A stretch of 63,494 bases of DNA, filler included, from Octopus bimaculoides (Eukaryota), in assembly GCF_001194135.2 (NCBI RefSeq). It is 7 parts of 7 records of this genome, joined end to end, with 100 filler letters (N's around TTAATTAATTAA, not from the genome) between each part and the next. Parts side by side here need not be neighbours in the genome. Positions count along the whole stretch, not along the records: positions 1 to 24,356 come from NC_068990.1; 6 more parts are not named here. One strand, given 5' to 3'. Shown one piece after another: positions 10,896 through 23,834 of the stretch. Both the position numbers and the translations under genes were made by a program. The notes under the pieces were generated by a model. It did not search any database and was not told the DNA's origin. It saw nothing but the letters and a program-made list of their open reading frames with translations. Position 1 is the first letter of the stretch. Each line of letters begins with the position of its first letter.

Positions 10896-11165
10896 CATTG
10901 ACGTTAAAAATCGTAATATTATTGTAATCTTTTCTCTGTGTATATATGTCTCGATTGCCAATTTAAAACATCATATTTATTTTCTCATATTACTTGTAGA
11001 ATGATTAATAGGGTTCTGCGTAGAAGCTAAATGTATCAGATGAGGAGAGAATGTGCGTGCTGGATAGTTAAGAAAGTTCGCTTTGTAACGATGTGGCTTT
11101 GGGTTCAATTCTATTACACGAGTGATACTTAGAATTTGGTAGCATGAAACTGTGCAGAAGTCAGT

Positions 11166-11219
<54 letters not shown>

Positions 11220-11227
11220 CATACTGT

Positions 11228-11451
11228 TTTGCTCCTTTTATTTGTTTCGGTCATTTGACTGTAGCCATGCTGGAGCACCAACTTTAGTCGAACAAATCAA
11301 CACCGAAACTTATTCTTTGTAAGCCTAGTACTTATTCTATCGGAGTCTTTTGCCAAACTGCTAAGTTACTGGGACGTAAACACACCAACATCAGTTGTCA
11401 AGCGATGGTGGGGGACAAACACAGACACACAAACACACACACATATATACA

Positions 11452-11494
<43 letters not shown>

Positions 11495-11645
11495 TATACG
11501 ACGGGATTCTTTCAGTTTCTGTCTTCCAAATCCACTCACAAGGCTTTGGTCGGTCCGAGGGTATAGCAGAAGACACTTGCCCAAGGTGCCACGCAATGGG
11601 ACTGAACCCAGAACCATGTGGCTGGTTAGCAGGCTACTTACCACA
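11228..11645 (-). mobile_element. tRNA-derived SINE family B with internal (TA)/(CA) microsatellite
   Basis: Collinear with the + strand copy at 41995-42415: GGTTCAGTCCCA B-box region, GGCACCTTGGGCAAGTGTCTTC, tail GGTGCTCCAGCATGGCTACAGTCAAATGACCGAAAC. Confidence 0.9.
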
Positions 11646-11663
11646 CACCCACTCATATATATA

Positions 11664-11699
<36 letters not shown>

Positions 11700-14005
11700 A
11701 TGTATGTGTGTGTGTATGTGTGTGTGCGTGTGTGCGTGCGCGTACGTATATCCGTGTATGTATGTATGTATATCATGTTTGTTCTGTATCGAGTTGCAAA
11801 TGCTACTTTTTCAGTATCACCGTTATAACAAAAGAAGTGAATCACTATTTTCCCTGTTTAGAAGAATGTGACCAACAACGCTATTGTTCATCGGTTGCAA
11901 TATAAAATAAAATAAAATTAAAATATATTCGCTTCTAACTCTCAATTTGGATTGTACTCTTTGTTCGAAATGTCTCAGGTTCAACTGTATGCTGCAATGT
12001 GAATAGGCCATAAGTTATATGCAAGAGACTAGGGTCACATCCAGAAGGAAATATGTCTCCCATCTTTTTAACACCATTAGCTCAGATAAAGGAAGGCAGG
12101 AGCAAGTAGAGACCAAGTGTGTTGCCTCTTTCTCTTTTTAGGTATATTATTATAGTTGTTATAATATCATCATAAATATTATATATGTTGTTGTGTCATT
12201 CTCTTTTAGTGTTTTATTATTTAGCACACTCACCGGCAAAGTTTCTACTCATTTACTTTTTTTTTTTCTCAAAATTTTCGTTGCGTCTGTAATTCATAGC
12301 CCCTCACAAACCAAATCCAAAAACAAAGTATTATATATGTATTATACGATAATTATAAATCATTATATAATGCATATATAATACTATATGCATTATGTTA
12401 TATTTTTTCCGTGGGGTTGGGCAGCTGTAAGCTCAAGGAGCGTTCCTGATGGCTAAATCTATAGCTCCCTGCATTAAACGCTGAAAATCGTGCGAGAAAT
12501 TAATCCAGATTTCGGGTGGTTTATATCAAGATTGTGAGGGGTTATGAATTAAAGAAAGCTGTGAAGGGGCATAAATTATGTAAATATACATTTTCTGACG
12601 CGCAAAACATGGAAATATCGGGTGTTTTAAAATTAAATATAGATAAATAGTTTTTAAAATTAAGTAGTTAAATGACTGGAAAGTGTCCGGTAATTTCTAA
12701 TGATGCCGACAATGTCTAGTAACGTCCAATGATGACAACAAGCAGTAACTGATAAGAAAAGAAGGAAAAAGAAAACGTTACAGTTTCGTCAAGTTTTCCG
12801 GCCAACGCGAAATAGTTCTAAATGAAGTCAATATGATAAAAATCAGATAAATTAGAAAGGAAAATGAGGAATGAAGACTAAATCTACATGGTATATCTCC
12901 CATATTTGATTGCATATATCCCGAATATGTATTAACGCAAATGGACATCTAACCCCGCCCAAAGTTACAAGCATTTTTGATGAGAAACTGAAGTATCCTT
13001 CAAGCTAATGTTTATCCTGCACTGCTAACAAGAGTTAACTTCCGGTACTCAGACATCAACACAGCCACATAATCTTGAAATGTTATTTACTCACTACGCC
13101 CATCATCATCTTCACCACCACCATCCTTCTTGTGAGGGCTATAAAATCAGTGTCAGTTCTCTCCCGTCAAATTTGTGCCGAGAGCGGAAGATCGGAGAAA
13201 CTATTATTAATAGAATCAATAGTGCGTCGGACAAAATTACTTCGGCTCATTATGTTCTGCGTTAAAAACCCGCTGAAGTTAACTTTAACATTCATCCTTT
13301 CGGGATCGTTAAAGTAAAGCTCGAGACAAGTATAGGGGTTGATATATAATCAACTAACCCGTCCCTAACACATTTTGAGACTATGTGACAATGCAAGAAA
13401 TAATTTTGTTATTGTTGTTGTTGTTGTATCAGTAGTCCTTTTCTTATTGCCAGCTTCTTGTGTCTGGATAGCTTTTGTACATGGCGAGAGCTCTGTTTCA
13501 TGTTATGCTTTTTACGTTGCATTTTTCAATGGTTAAGTCACAGGATGAGGGGCAGCATCCACTCCCCTATTTAGGGGCTCTGCGATTGATGGGTTGAAGG
13601 AATGAACTTATTCTCAGACCAGAGAACTGGCCCCCAAATGCTTACAATGGACTAGACTAAGGTTAGAGGCAGTCAAGGGTCAGGTGGTGACGATTAAATC
13701 TACAATCAATTGGACTTTCACACAAATTCTATTTTCCAAATTTCACGCACTGGGCTTTTGTGGATCGGAAGCTTATGGTAGTGGGATAAAACGCGAACCC
13801 ATGTACTTATGTAGTGAGCTTCTTGAGAGTAATCTTATAGAAATGTATGTATATAGTCTCGAGTAGTGGTAGATTTTTTGTACGTTGTGTATGTATATGT
13901 ACAACCTTAGACTTGTGTCAGTACTGGAGTTTGGGTTATATTGCTATCCCTAGGGTTTCTAAACACATTATTATTATTGTTGTTGTTGTTGTTGTTGTTG
14001 TTATT

Positions 14006-14238
14006 GCGAGCTGGCAGAACTGTTAGCACGCCGGGCAAAATGCTTAGCGGTATTTTGTTTGTCTTTACGTTTTGAGTTCAAATTTCGCCGAGGTCGACTT
14101 TGCCTTTCATCCTTTCGGGGTCGATAAATTAAGCAGCAGTTACGCACCGGGGTCGATGTAATCGACTTAATACCTTTGTCTGTCCTTGTTTGTCCCCTCT
14201 ATGTTTAGCCCCTTGTGGGCAATAAAGAAATAAGAAAT
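14006..14238 (+). mobile_element. SINE family A with Tx1-like 3' tail
   Basis: Full head and body, then TTGTCCCCTCTATGTTTAGCCCCTTGTGGGCAATAAAGAAAT. Confidence 0.9.
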
Positions 14239-14415
14239 GTTAGCACGCCGGGGAAATGCTTAGTGGTATTTCGTCTGTCTTTATGTTCTGAGTTCAAATT
14301 CTGCCTAGGTCGACTTTGCCTTTCATACTTTCAAACAGTTGCGTGCTGGGGTCGATCTAATCGACTGGCCCCCTCCCCAAAAATTTCGGGCCTTGTGCCT
14401 AGAGTAGAAAAGAAT
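14239..14415 (+). mobile_element. SINE family A, 5'-truncated, directly tandem to the previous copy, alternative tail
   Basis: Begins GTTAGCACGCCGGGGAAATGCTTAG and ends AAATTTCGGGCCTTGTGCCTAGAGTAGAAAAG. Confidence 0.9.
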
Positions 14416-14589
14416 ATCAAAACAAACACAGGTATAATAATAATCATTATTATATTTGTATATCAATCACATTAGATAAATCCAGTGATGGAAAAGTGAT
14501 GTTTCAAATCAATCCAAAAATGTTTCTACGCTTGTTCGTTTGGTGATGTATTCAAAGCGTTTTCATTGCCTCCTCTCGCAAAAAAACTT

Positions 14590-14637
14590 CAGGGGGTGCG
14601 ATTGCACCCCTTTCACCCCCTGTTCCTGGGCCTATGC
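14590..14637 (-). mobile_element. GC-rich DNA-transposon-like terminal fragment
   Basis: GGGGTGC-GATT-GCACCCC hairpin followed by CACCCCCTGTTCCTGGGCCTATG, resembling MITE termini; no partner end found. Confidence 0.35.
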
Positions 14638-16015
14638 ATGTCTTTAACGAATATTCACTCCGAGTCTTAAATGTTCATGCACCATCATATATATGATACC
14701 ATAGAAAGCAGTTGCTTTTTCTGTTTTGCATCAAATCACGCCGGTTAAGTGACTTGGCCAAAGATCAAGAACAAAATAGCACGTGCAGTTAGATATGAAC
14801 TTACTTATATATGAGTCAGATATCTGAGAGCCTCTAAGTAGAACTACTGTGCTGCTGTGTATACTATATAGACAAAAACAATTATGTATATATATATATA
14901 TATATATNNNNNNNNNNNNNNNNNNNNNNNNNNNNNNNNNNNNNNNNNNNNNNNNNNNNNNNNNNNNNNNNNNNNNNNNNNNNNNNNNNNNNNNNNNNNN
15001 NNNNNNNNNNNNNNNNNNNNNNNNNNNNNNNNNNNNNNNNNNNNNNNNNNNNNNNNNNNNNNNNNNNNNNNNNNNNNNNNNNNNNNNNNNNNNNNNNNNN
15101 NNNNNNNNNNNNNNNNNNNNNNNNNNNNNNNNNNNNNNNNNNNNNNNNNNNNNNNNNNNNNNNNNNNNNNNNNNNNNNNNNNNNNNNNNNNNNNNNNNNN
15201 NNNNNNNNNNNNNNNNNNNNNNNNNNNNNNNNNNNNNNNNNNNNNNNNNNNNNNNNNNNNNNNNNNNNNNNNNNNNNNNNNNNNNNNNNNNNNNNNNNNN
15301 NNNNNNNNNNNNNNNNNNNNNNNNNNNNNNNNNNNNNNNNNNNNNNNNNNNNNNNNNNNNNNNNNNNNNNNNNNNNNNNNNNNNNNNNNNNNNNNNNNNN
15401 NNNNNNNNNNNNNNNNNNNNNNNNNNNNNNNNNNNNNNNNNNNNNNNNNNNNNNNNNNNNNNNNNNNNNNNNNNNNNNNNNNNNNNNNNNNNNNNNNNNN
15501 NNNNNNNNNNNNNNNNNNNNNNNNNNNNNNNNNNNNNNNNNNNNNNNNNNNNNNNNNNNNNNNNNNNNNNNNNNNNNNNNNNNNNNNNNNNNNNNNNNNN
15601 NNNNNNNNNNNNNNNNNNNNNNNNNNNNNNNNNNNNNNNNNNNNNNNNNNNNNNNNNNNNNNNNNNNNNNNNNNNNNNNNNNNNNNNNNNNNNNNNNNNN
15701 NNNNNNNNNNNNNNNNNNNNNNNNNNNNNNNNNNNNNNNNNNNNNNNNNNNNNNNNNNNNNTATATATATATATATGTACATACATGTATATATATTAAT
15801 CTCGAGATACACTCTGTAATTTCACTCCTATAGAAACAAGAAAAATTTCAAGAATTTAAAACTACACAAATGTTGCTTCTCGACGTTGCAGATGAGATCA
15901 AAGTGGTCAACAATTTGAAAAGCAATAATCACGATATCTATCTGCCTGCCTACCTAGCTATGTTTTTATAAGATTGTGTAAGTATACACGCACACACACA
16001 AACATATAAACACAG

Positions 16016-16056
<41 letters not shown>

Positions 16057-16181
16057 TGTAATTATATATAACATGTGTATGTGTGTGTGCAAGTGTCTGT
16101 GTATGCGTTACTATAAACTCGGAGTGTGAGCTGGAATGTTTCACTGTTAGTATTTATGTGTGTTTATCTATATTTTCTTGG

Positions 16182-16239
<58 letters not shown>

Positions 16240-16929
16240 AAATCAACCCGCTCCACCACCACATATCTGTCTATCATCAATACCAACACAATAGACTTCA
16301 ACATCAAAGCCATTGCAACCTTCGCCATTGCCAGCCCACTATTTTCTTAATGACCATCAACAACCGTAACAATAGTATGATAAGCAGCTCCAGCTGTAAA
16401 TATAAAACAGTCACATGAGATAACATGGCACTCTAGTGTGTTTTAAATGTTCAGTCGTAGGTCAATGAGAATTAATTTGAAACTAAACAGCAGCACAATT
16501 TAATTAAGAATTCCCATCTTCATTATCAAATCCAAAACCAATACAATTAACACTATTACCGCTACCAACCCATGAACCTCTGAATAATCAACTGGCAACA
16601 GCAATAAAAATTTCGGCATGATAGTAATGCCTGTAGCTACATATGTTATACATATATATATGTACATAACTCAAGTCAGAGGTACAAGAAGTGAAATGCT
16701 TATACACCGGGTAACCCTTCAACTTGCTGTAATTCCTCATACTCAAATTTTTCATTTTTTTTCATCTCTTTTCCACTCTTACAGCCATAGGAAGATATAT
16801 ATTTTTACTCTCACAAAACCGTTCTTTTCTGGTGCTATTTTTTCCTACTGCATATTTGTTGTGGATGACTTTTGATTTCCGACAATTCAAGATGTTTGGG
16901 GGAAAAAAACCATCAAGAGGAACTGAATC

Positions 16930-17763
16930 TAGTTGTGCGAAAATGAACTGTTATAGAATTGCTTTGAATGTTAAACCTGATGCTTTAAAGAAGCTTGATG
17001 CGGGAGGACAAACAACCAGGTTACCAAAACATTTAAGCTTGCAATGTCTACAGCGGGAACAATATATGACAATAAAAGGAGAATTAAGTCACGTACTCAA
17101 GAAGTTACTTCGTTAACTGCCCGAAACTTAATTTTTCATTGATCTAATGTGATGCTTAAAATGGAACGGCTCTCGGGTGTATGAACCAACGATCAGACTC
17201 GACACATTGCACGAGTAAGCATAATGATAATTTGAAAAGCCAAGAGTTTGTGGGGCACTTTTCAGAAAAATGGAAGGTGAAACTTTTAAGGAAAAACCTT
17301 TTGTAACAAAGTCTGATTTGAAAGGTTTAAGAAACGCATCAATTTGCACCGCATAAATTTGACTGGTGAATCTGCCAGTGTTGATACAAGCAAAGGCTGT
17401 TACTAATTATCCTGAGCAGCTGAAAAAGGGTAAGTGGAGGGAGCTATGCACAAGAGAAAGTATACAATGTTGATGAAACTGCACTTTTCTAGAAGCTAAT
17501 TTACAGAAGCTTATTTATTCTTTAATGTATTTACTTGAAATGTTTTTATGTATACTTATAGCACTGTGTAAGTTTAGAATTTGTTATTCTATTGTATAAA
17601 AGTGGCCATATTTCATTTCTTTTCTTTTTTTCGAAAATATCCGTCGGAATGCATTATCACTTTAAAACATAAAAGCCCATGTGAGAATTAATTTCACGTT
17701 ACATAATTCCATGATACAAGTTTTGAGGGGCGCATAACTTCCGTTACGCAAGGGATTTCCGTA
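16930..17763 (+). mobile_element. Tigger/pogo-family transposase relic (N-terminal HTH to start of DDE) with probable 3' TIR
   Basis: Across frameshifts reads RIALNVKPDALKKLDAG, FERFKKRINLHRINLTGESASVDT and EKVYNVDETALF. The end CCGTTACGCAAGGGATTTCCG|TA resembles a Tigger TIR. Confidence 0.8.
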
Positions 17764-17765
17764 TA

Positions 17766-18010
17766 CAATAATCTCACGACTATCGCGGGTGTTACGCTCC
17801 AAAATCCCACGCGATAGATGAAAATCTGCGAAGTAGAAACAGTACTGTATATTTTTTTTATTATTCTTATAATTTGTATATATTTATTTTATTATAAATG
17901 CAAAACAGCACCACGAAGGAATCGATGTAAGCTTAAATAATAAACCACGATTGGTGAACCGCGATAGTTGAATCGTGATAGGTGAATCGCGATGTGGCAA
18001 GGAATTACTG
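17766..18010. mobile_element. Tigger-type MITE, TA-flanked
   Basis: TA|CAATAATCTCACGACTATCGCG ... CGCGATGTGGCAAGGAATTACTG|TA imperfect TIRs. Confidence 0.75.
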
Positions 18011-18390
18011 TATATACATTTATATGTGTTATTACCTTTCTATTTTTCATCTCTTCCTTCTTATTCTTTCTCTCCCTTTCGTTCACTTTCACCCTACCCT
18101 CTTTCTGACTGTCTTCGTCTCTAGATGCGCGCACACGCGTGTGAACATACTTTAAAGACTATTTTGATATTTTAAGAATTTCACCTTGCAATACCGGTCT
18201 GTACATGTCCAATCATACCACAATATTTATACCTACTTATTATATCACCTATCCCCTCTTGTCAACCTAATAGAAAACTCATAGTTGGGACACAATTAGC
18301 TTAGTCGATTTAGCACAATGTACATATATATACATGTGGGTGTATGTGTGTATGTATATTGTAATGAGATTTTATACACACACATGCATA

Positions 18391-18432
<42 letters not shown>

Positions 18433-19544
18433 NNNNNNNNNNNNNNNNNNNNNNNNNNNNNNNNNNNNNNNNNNNNNNNNNNNNNNNNNNNNNNNNNNNN
18501 NNNNNNNNNNNNNNNNNNNNNNNNNNNNNNNNNNNNNNNNNNNNNNNNNNNNNNNNNNNNNNNNNNNNNNNNNNNNNNNNNNNNNNNNNNNNNNNNNNNN
18601 NNNNNNNNNNNNNNNNNNNNNNNNNNNNNNNNNNNNNNNNNNNNNNNNNNNNNNNNNNNNNNNNNNNNNNNNNNNNNNNNNNNNNNNNNNNNNNNNNNNN
18701 NNNNNNNNNNNNNNNNNNNNNNNNNNNNNNNNNNNNNNNNNNNNNNNNNNNNNNNNNNNNNNNNNNNNNNNNNNNNNNNNNNNNNNNNNNNNNNNNNNNN
18801 NNNNNNNNNNNNNNNNNNNNNNNNNNNNNNNNNNNNNNNNNNNNNNNNNNNNNNNNNNNNNNNNNNNNNNNNNNNNNNNNNNNNNNNNNNNNNNNNNNNN
18901 NNNNNNNNNNNNNNNNNNNNNNNNNNNNNNNNNNNNNNNNNNNNNNNNNNNNNNNNNNNNNNNNNNNNNNNNNNNNNNNNNNNNNNNNNNNNNNNNNNNN
19001 NNNNNNNNNNNNNNNNNNNNNNNNNNNNNNNNNNNNNNNNNNNNNNNNNNNNNNNNNNNNNNNNNNNNNNNNNNNNNNNNNNNNNNNNNNNNNNNNNNNN
19101 NNNNNNNNNNNNNNNNNNNNNNNNNNNNNNNNNNNNNNNNNNNNNNNNNNNNNNNNNNNNNNNNNNNNNNNNNNNNNNNNNNNNNNNNNNNNNNNNNNNN
19201 NNNNNNNNNNNNNNNNNNNNNNNNNNNNNNNNNNNNNNNNNNNNNNNNNNNNNNNNNNNNNNNNNNNNNNNNNNNNNNNNNNNNNNNNNNNNNNNNNNNN
19301 NNNNNNNNNNNNNNNNNNNNNNNNNNNNNNNNNNNNNNNNNNNNNNNNNNNNNNNNNNNNNNNNNNNNNNNNNNNNNNNNNNNNNNNNNNNNNNNNNNNN
19401 NCTTCGTCCCTTGATACCCTAAGCTCGTGCTTATTTTGTTTAATGGTTAATCCAGCGCTGTATGTATGTATGTATGTATGTATGTATGTATGTATGTATG
19501 TATGTATGTATGTATGCATTCATGCATGTATGTATGTGACTGTA

Positions 19545-20879
19545 TTAGGTCGTCAAGTATGAAATTTGTAGAAAAGAAAAAAGTTTGCTAATGTTTTATA
19601 AATACAAGGACTAGTTTTATTCATCAAAGCATGCACCCATATTGTCAATACACTTTTGTNNNNNNNNNNNNNNNNNNNNNNNNNNNNNNNNNNNNNNNNN
19701 NNNNNNNNNNNNNNNNNNNNNNNNNNNNNNNNNNNNNNNNNNNNNNNNNNNNNNNNNNNAGCATCGTCGGAATTAAATTTTTTTTCTTATCAAAAAGTTA
19801 TCCAAATTCTGGAAGAAGTGGTAGTCAGTGGGGGCAAGTTAAGGAGAGTATGGTGGATGATGGAGAACTTCCAACTCTAACTTCTGTTGTTTCACCAATG
19901 TCATTTTTGCGATGTATGTGGTCTGGCGTTGTCTTGCAATAAAATAGGAGTGGATCTGTTGACTAATCTAGGCTGTCTTTTTGTAAGTTTCTGCATCATT
20001 TGGTCCAGTTGGCTGTAGTATACTTTGGCCGTGATTGATGAGCCAGGTTTAATGAAATCATAATGGATCACACCTGCGCTAGACCACCAAACACTCACCA
20101 TCAGCTTCTTTTGATGAATTTTGCTTGTCTTTGTCTAACCATTGTGCTGAACGTTTACGGTTGTTGCATCGGATCCATTTCTCATCACATGTTACAATTC
20201 GATTCAAAAATAATTCATCTTTGTGACGAGAAAGTAGCATAATGCAGGCTTCCAAACGTTGTTGTTTCTGATTTTCATTGAGTTCATGTGGAACCCACTT
20301 ATCCAACTTTTTCACTTTACCGATTTNNNNNNNNNNGTTCATGTGGAACCCACTTATCCAACTTTTTCACTTTACCGATTTGAACTAGGTGAGTCAATAT
20401 TGTTTGCTTGCTAACACCAAACAACAACAATAATCACGGGCACTTTGAGAAGGATCTGACTCGACAGTGGCTTTCAGTTCGTCATTATCCACCTTTGTTT
20501 CTGGTCGACCGCTTGCTCATTTGTGAGGTCAAAGTTACCAGAACGAAATTTTGCAAACCAATTTGATACTGTCTGCTGTGTAATAATAGTAAAATGAAAT
20601 ACTCCATTAATATTCCGAGCTGTTTGTGATGCAGTATTTCCAAGAAAGAACTCATATTTCAAAACTGTATGAGTTTCCGACTTATCCATCTCTAAACAAA
20701 AATAGCAAAAAACAATTTGTAAATACTTTATAAAGCGCAAAATGAGTGAGGATAAAGAAATAGATGTGTCAGCTTTCTAACAAAAAGTAAAGATTGTCAA
20801 AATATAATAATGGCGCATAATGAGCAGCTGTCAAAGTTTACCATATACCTTACTACAAATTTCATACTTGACAACCTAA
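19545..20879 (-). mobile_element. Mariner transposon with both TIRs and TA target duplication; transposase decayed
   Basis: TIRs TTAGGTCGTCAAGTATGAAATTTGTAG and TTAGGTTGTCAAGTATGAAATTTGTAG (26/27 identical). Motifs WVPHEL, IVTCDEKW, MVSVWWS and LLQDNARPH, with stops and deletions. Confidence 0.95.
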
Positions 20880-21383
20880 TAGATGTGTCCTGAGTATGAC
20901 ATAAAACCGCATCCAGTTGTGAGACTTTGGTTCGGGACTTCCAGGGCTTTGAGGAGTGTGGAACCACCTTTTAGCCACTATTGTTCCAAAGTCTATTCTG
21001 ACCTACAATAGTAGTTTTCATTAAGGCCCTAGCTATGGATTAATTATCATGTTAGGTCTTGCCTACGTATGCATGTGAAAACTGAACCCGGCGAATTTTG
21101 TAGAAGAGAGATCTTCGTAGTTCAGCGGAGTAGGAAAATAGTTACAGCAATACATTGCTGAGAGCAGAGAGGAAGATAATACAAAAGTATGACATCTTGG
21201 TCATCCACTGCATCCATCTCCATTCCCAGCCGTCTTGACCTGGTCTTGCCACTGAATTGAAGATGATCTTAGATGAGAGAGTGTAGTTGATGGTGCGCAA
21301 CAATTCTTTACTTTAAACAATGTCACTACAGAAGTCATCAGTCATCCTTAACATGGCTAGACAGTCCTTGTCGTTTTGACGGA

Positions 21384-21679
21384 CGAACAGCTGTATGTAT
21401 GTATGTATGTATGTATGTATGTATGTATGTATGTATGTATGTATGTATGAATGAATGAATGTGCAGATTTGTATGTTTTATGTACGTATTCTCATGCATA
21501 TAGTTGCATATCTAGACATGTTCATATATATTTAAATGATAAACTTCTGGAAAGTTTCACAGATTCTTACAGTTCCAGTGATGGATTGGATTTGTAGTCT
21601 TCGAATTAGCTTTTTCCTTTTTGGTTTTAAGAAGTCTAATTTCTCAAGATTGGTATTTAGGCAGTGTGTTGCATATCCC

Positions 21680-21710
<31 letters not shown>

Positions 21711-21799
21711 TGTATGTATGTATGTATGTATGTATGTATGTATGTATGTACGGTACGGTACGTACATATGTATGTATGTGCGTACGGTACGTATGTATG

Positions 21800-21830
<31 letters not shown>
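21384..21830. repeat. (TATG)n arrays (21384-21450 and 21680-21830)
   Basis: Directly visible. Confidence 0.95.
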
Positions 21831-22241
21831 TGTATTGTTGTTGTCGGTGGCTGTCATAGTTGTAGAGACGATGGTGGCAGCGATGGTAGTAGTAATGATA
21901 GTAGTGGTAGTGGTGATAATGATATTGTAGTGAGGGTGATAATGGTTTTGGTAATAGCGGAACTATGGTGATGGCGAGGGTGGTAGTTGTGACCATGGTG
22001 CTATGGCGGTGATGGTGAAGAAGGTAGTTGTGACCATGGCGGTGCTATGGCGATGTACAAGTAAGGTTTCGTTTACCACTAAGCAGATGTATATGTTTAT
22101 TAAACACACCTCACTAACCCTATATTGTTACTACGAAAACATTAAAGACACCTTCAAGTTATTTCCTCTGTCTGTGGCTTTGTTTACTTCCAACATAACA
22201 TTAAACAGTGTTTCATCTTGTGTTTATCATTGCCGAAGCTG

Positions 22242-22366
22242 TCTTCTTCTTCTTCTTCTTCTTCTTCTTCTTCTTCTTCTTCTTCTTCTTCTTCTTCTTC
22301 TTCTTCTTCTTCTTCTTCTTCTTCTTCTTCTTCTTCTTCTTCTTCTTCTTCTTCTTCTTCTTCTTC
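22242..22366. repeat. (CTT)n perfect trinucleotide run
   Basis: Directly visible; source of the homopolymeric ORFs at 22003-22456. Confidence 0.98.
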
Positions 22367-22919
22367 CTCCCCCTCTCATCCTTCCCCTCTGCTACTACAG
22401 CAATGAGGATGTTTGAATTGATTATGATTTTTGTTTGGAGCAAAAGCAATTTTTAGGGAATCACATGAAATCATCCCAAATGTATAGCTGGTACCTTAGG
22501 TCAATGGTGATGATGATGATGATAATGATGACATTTAATACATTTATAGTAGCAGCAATAGTAGCAGTAGCAGCATCAGTAGTACTAGTAGTAGTAGTAG
22601 TAGTAGTAGTAAAGTTTATCGAGCACATCGACGCGTACTTTTTTTATCGACCCGGGAAGTATGTAAGGCATGTAAGTATGAGACGACACTGTCTTCCTCT
22701 GTATCTGCTCTGGTCATCCTTGGAGCAAAGACCAGTGATGCTTTGTAGCGGCAGCAGCAGTTATAGCGTCCCTATCATATGCAGTTCAGGGTCTTGCTAT
22801 TGTTGCTGCCCCTCTTGCTACACACCTATTTCTCATTTTACTTTTCATCTTTCGGCAGAAAGTCTCTCAAATGTTTCTTCTCTCTCTCTTTATTAAAAAG
22901 AAAAAATCCTATGTCGTAG

Positions 22920-23130
22920 AACTAGACCTTCTGTCCCGTCAGACTCATCTCCTTTCTGCTCCAATAGTGGGGTAAATTTGTGGTATTCGGAAAGAAGGTT
23001 ATTAGTTTTTGCAGAACCCACCTGACCATGATATTGCAGATTACTTCTGCACTTACAACCTGCCCATACTGTGCCGTTAAGATGCCAACATTTCTGAGCA
23101 TGACTCTTGAATTCCTTTTGCCCATGCTAG
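22920..23130 (-). mobile_element. Decayed RTE-type LINE endonuclease N-terminus
   Basis: RVMLRNVGILTAQYGQVV...ICNIMVRW resembles the RVGTxNVGTxxG...VCCxQExRW start of RTE AP-endonucleases. Confidence 0.45.
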
Positions 23131-23834
23131 CCTTTTTGCCTTACCCTCAAACTAAACAGGCGCACATTTTCATATTCTCTGGTCCAGTCGAGAGAGCTTA
23201 CATTCTGCTAGGTAGGGCTCCCTCTAATATCTCTTTCGAGGGCGCATGGAAACTCCCTGTTATTTGCAAAGCATAGATCATAGGATTTTTTCACTTTATT
23301 TCTAGCCATATCTTGGATAAAACCCCGGGAAAAGTGACATTTCTCTCTCTCACTCACTTTTTTCTCTCCCTCCCCTCCTCTCTCTCTCTCCCCATACATC
23401 TTCCATATTTTTCTCTTTTCCTGGGATTGGCTTATATCCATTACCTCCCTATGACCCTCGACGTTCACAAAGGATTTGTTGTTGCCGAGGCTAATGTTTA
23501 CAATGTTTTATTATCATTTAGTTTGATATTTCCACTACCATTGCTTGTGTTTTCAATGTGTAGCTGTAAATGTTTGTGCCTGAATATTTGTTAAATAATT
23601 ATAGTATATTTGTTTTTTATTTTAAAGTATGATTTTATGTTTGAAGATAAAAAAAAAGCAAACAAATAAAAGCGTGGAGTGTTTAATCTTTTTTCGTGGG
23701 TGGAGGAGGGCACTTAGAGTAATACTTCTCCCTGCTATCACTGACAGGACCGTTTTGATAAAAAAAAAACAATAAAAACAAAAAAAAGAAAATAATGAGA
23801 AATGATGCAAAAGCAACGATGCAGTTGAAGAGAG

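Noticed and set aside
13080-13265. His-rich 61-aa ORF (HHHLHHHH)
   Set aside because: The His run comes from a short CAT/CAC repeat; no recognisable domain or supporting splice structure.
20280-20385. Direct duplications flanking short N gaps (also 49350-49460 and 60490-60614)
   Set aside because: Identical sequence on both sides of small gaps is typical of unmerged contig overlaps.
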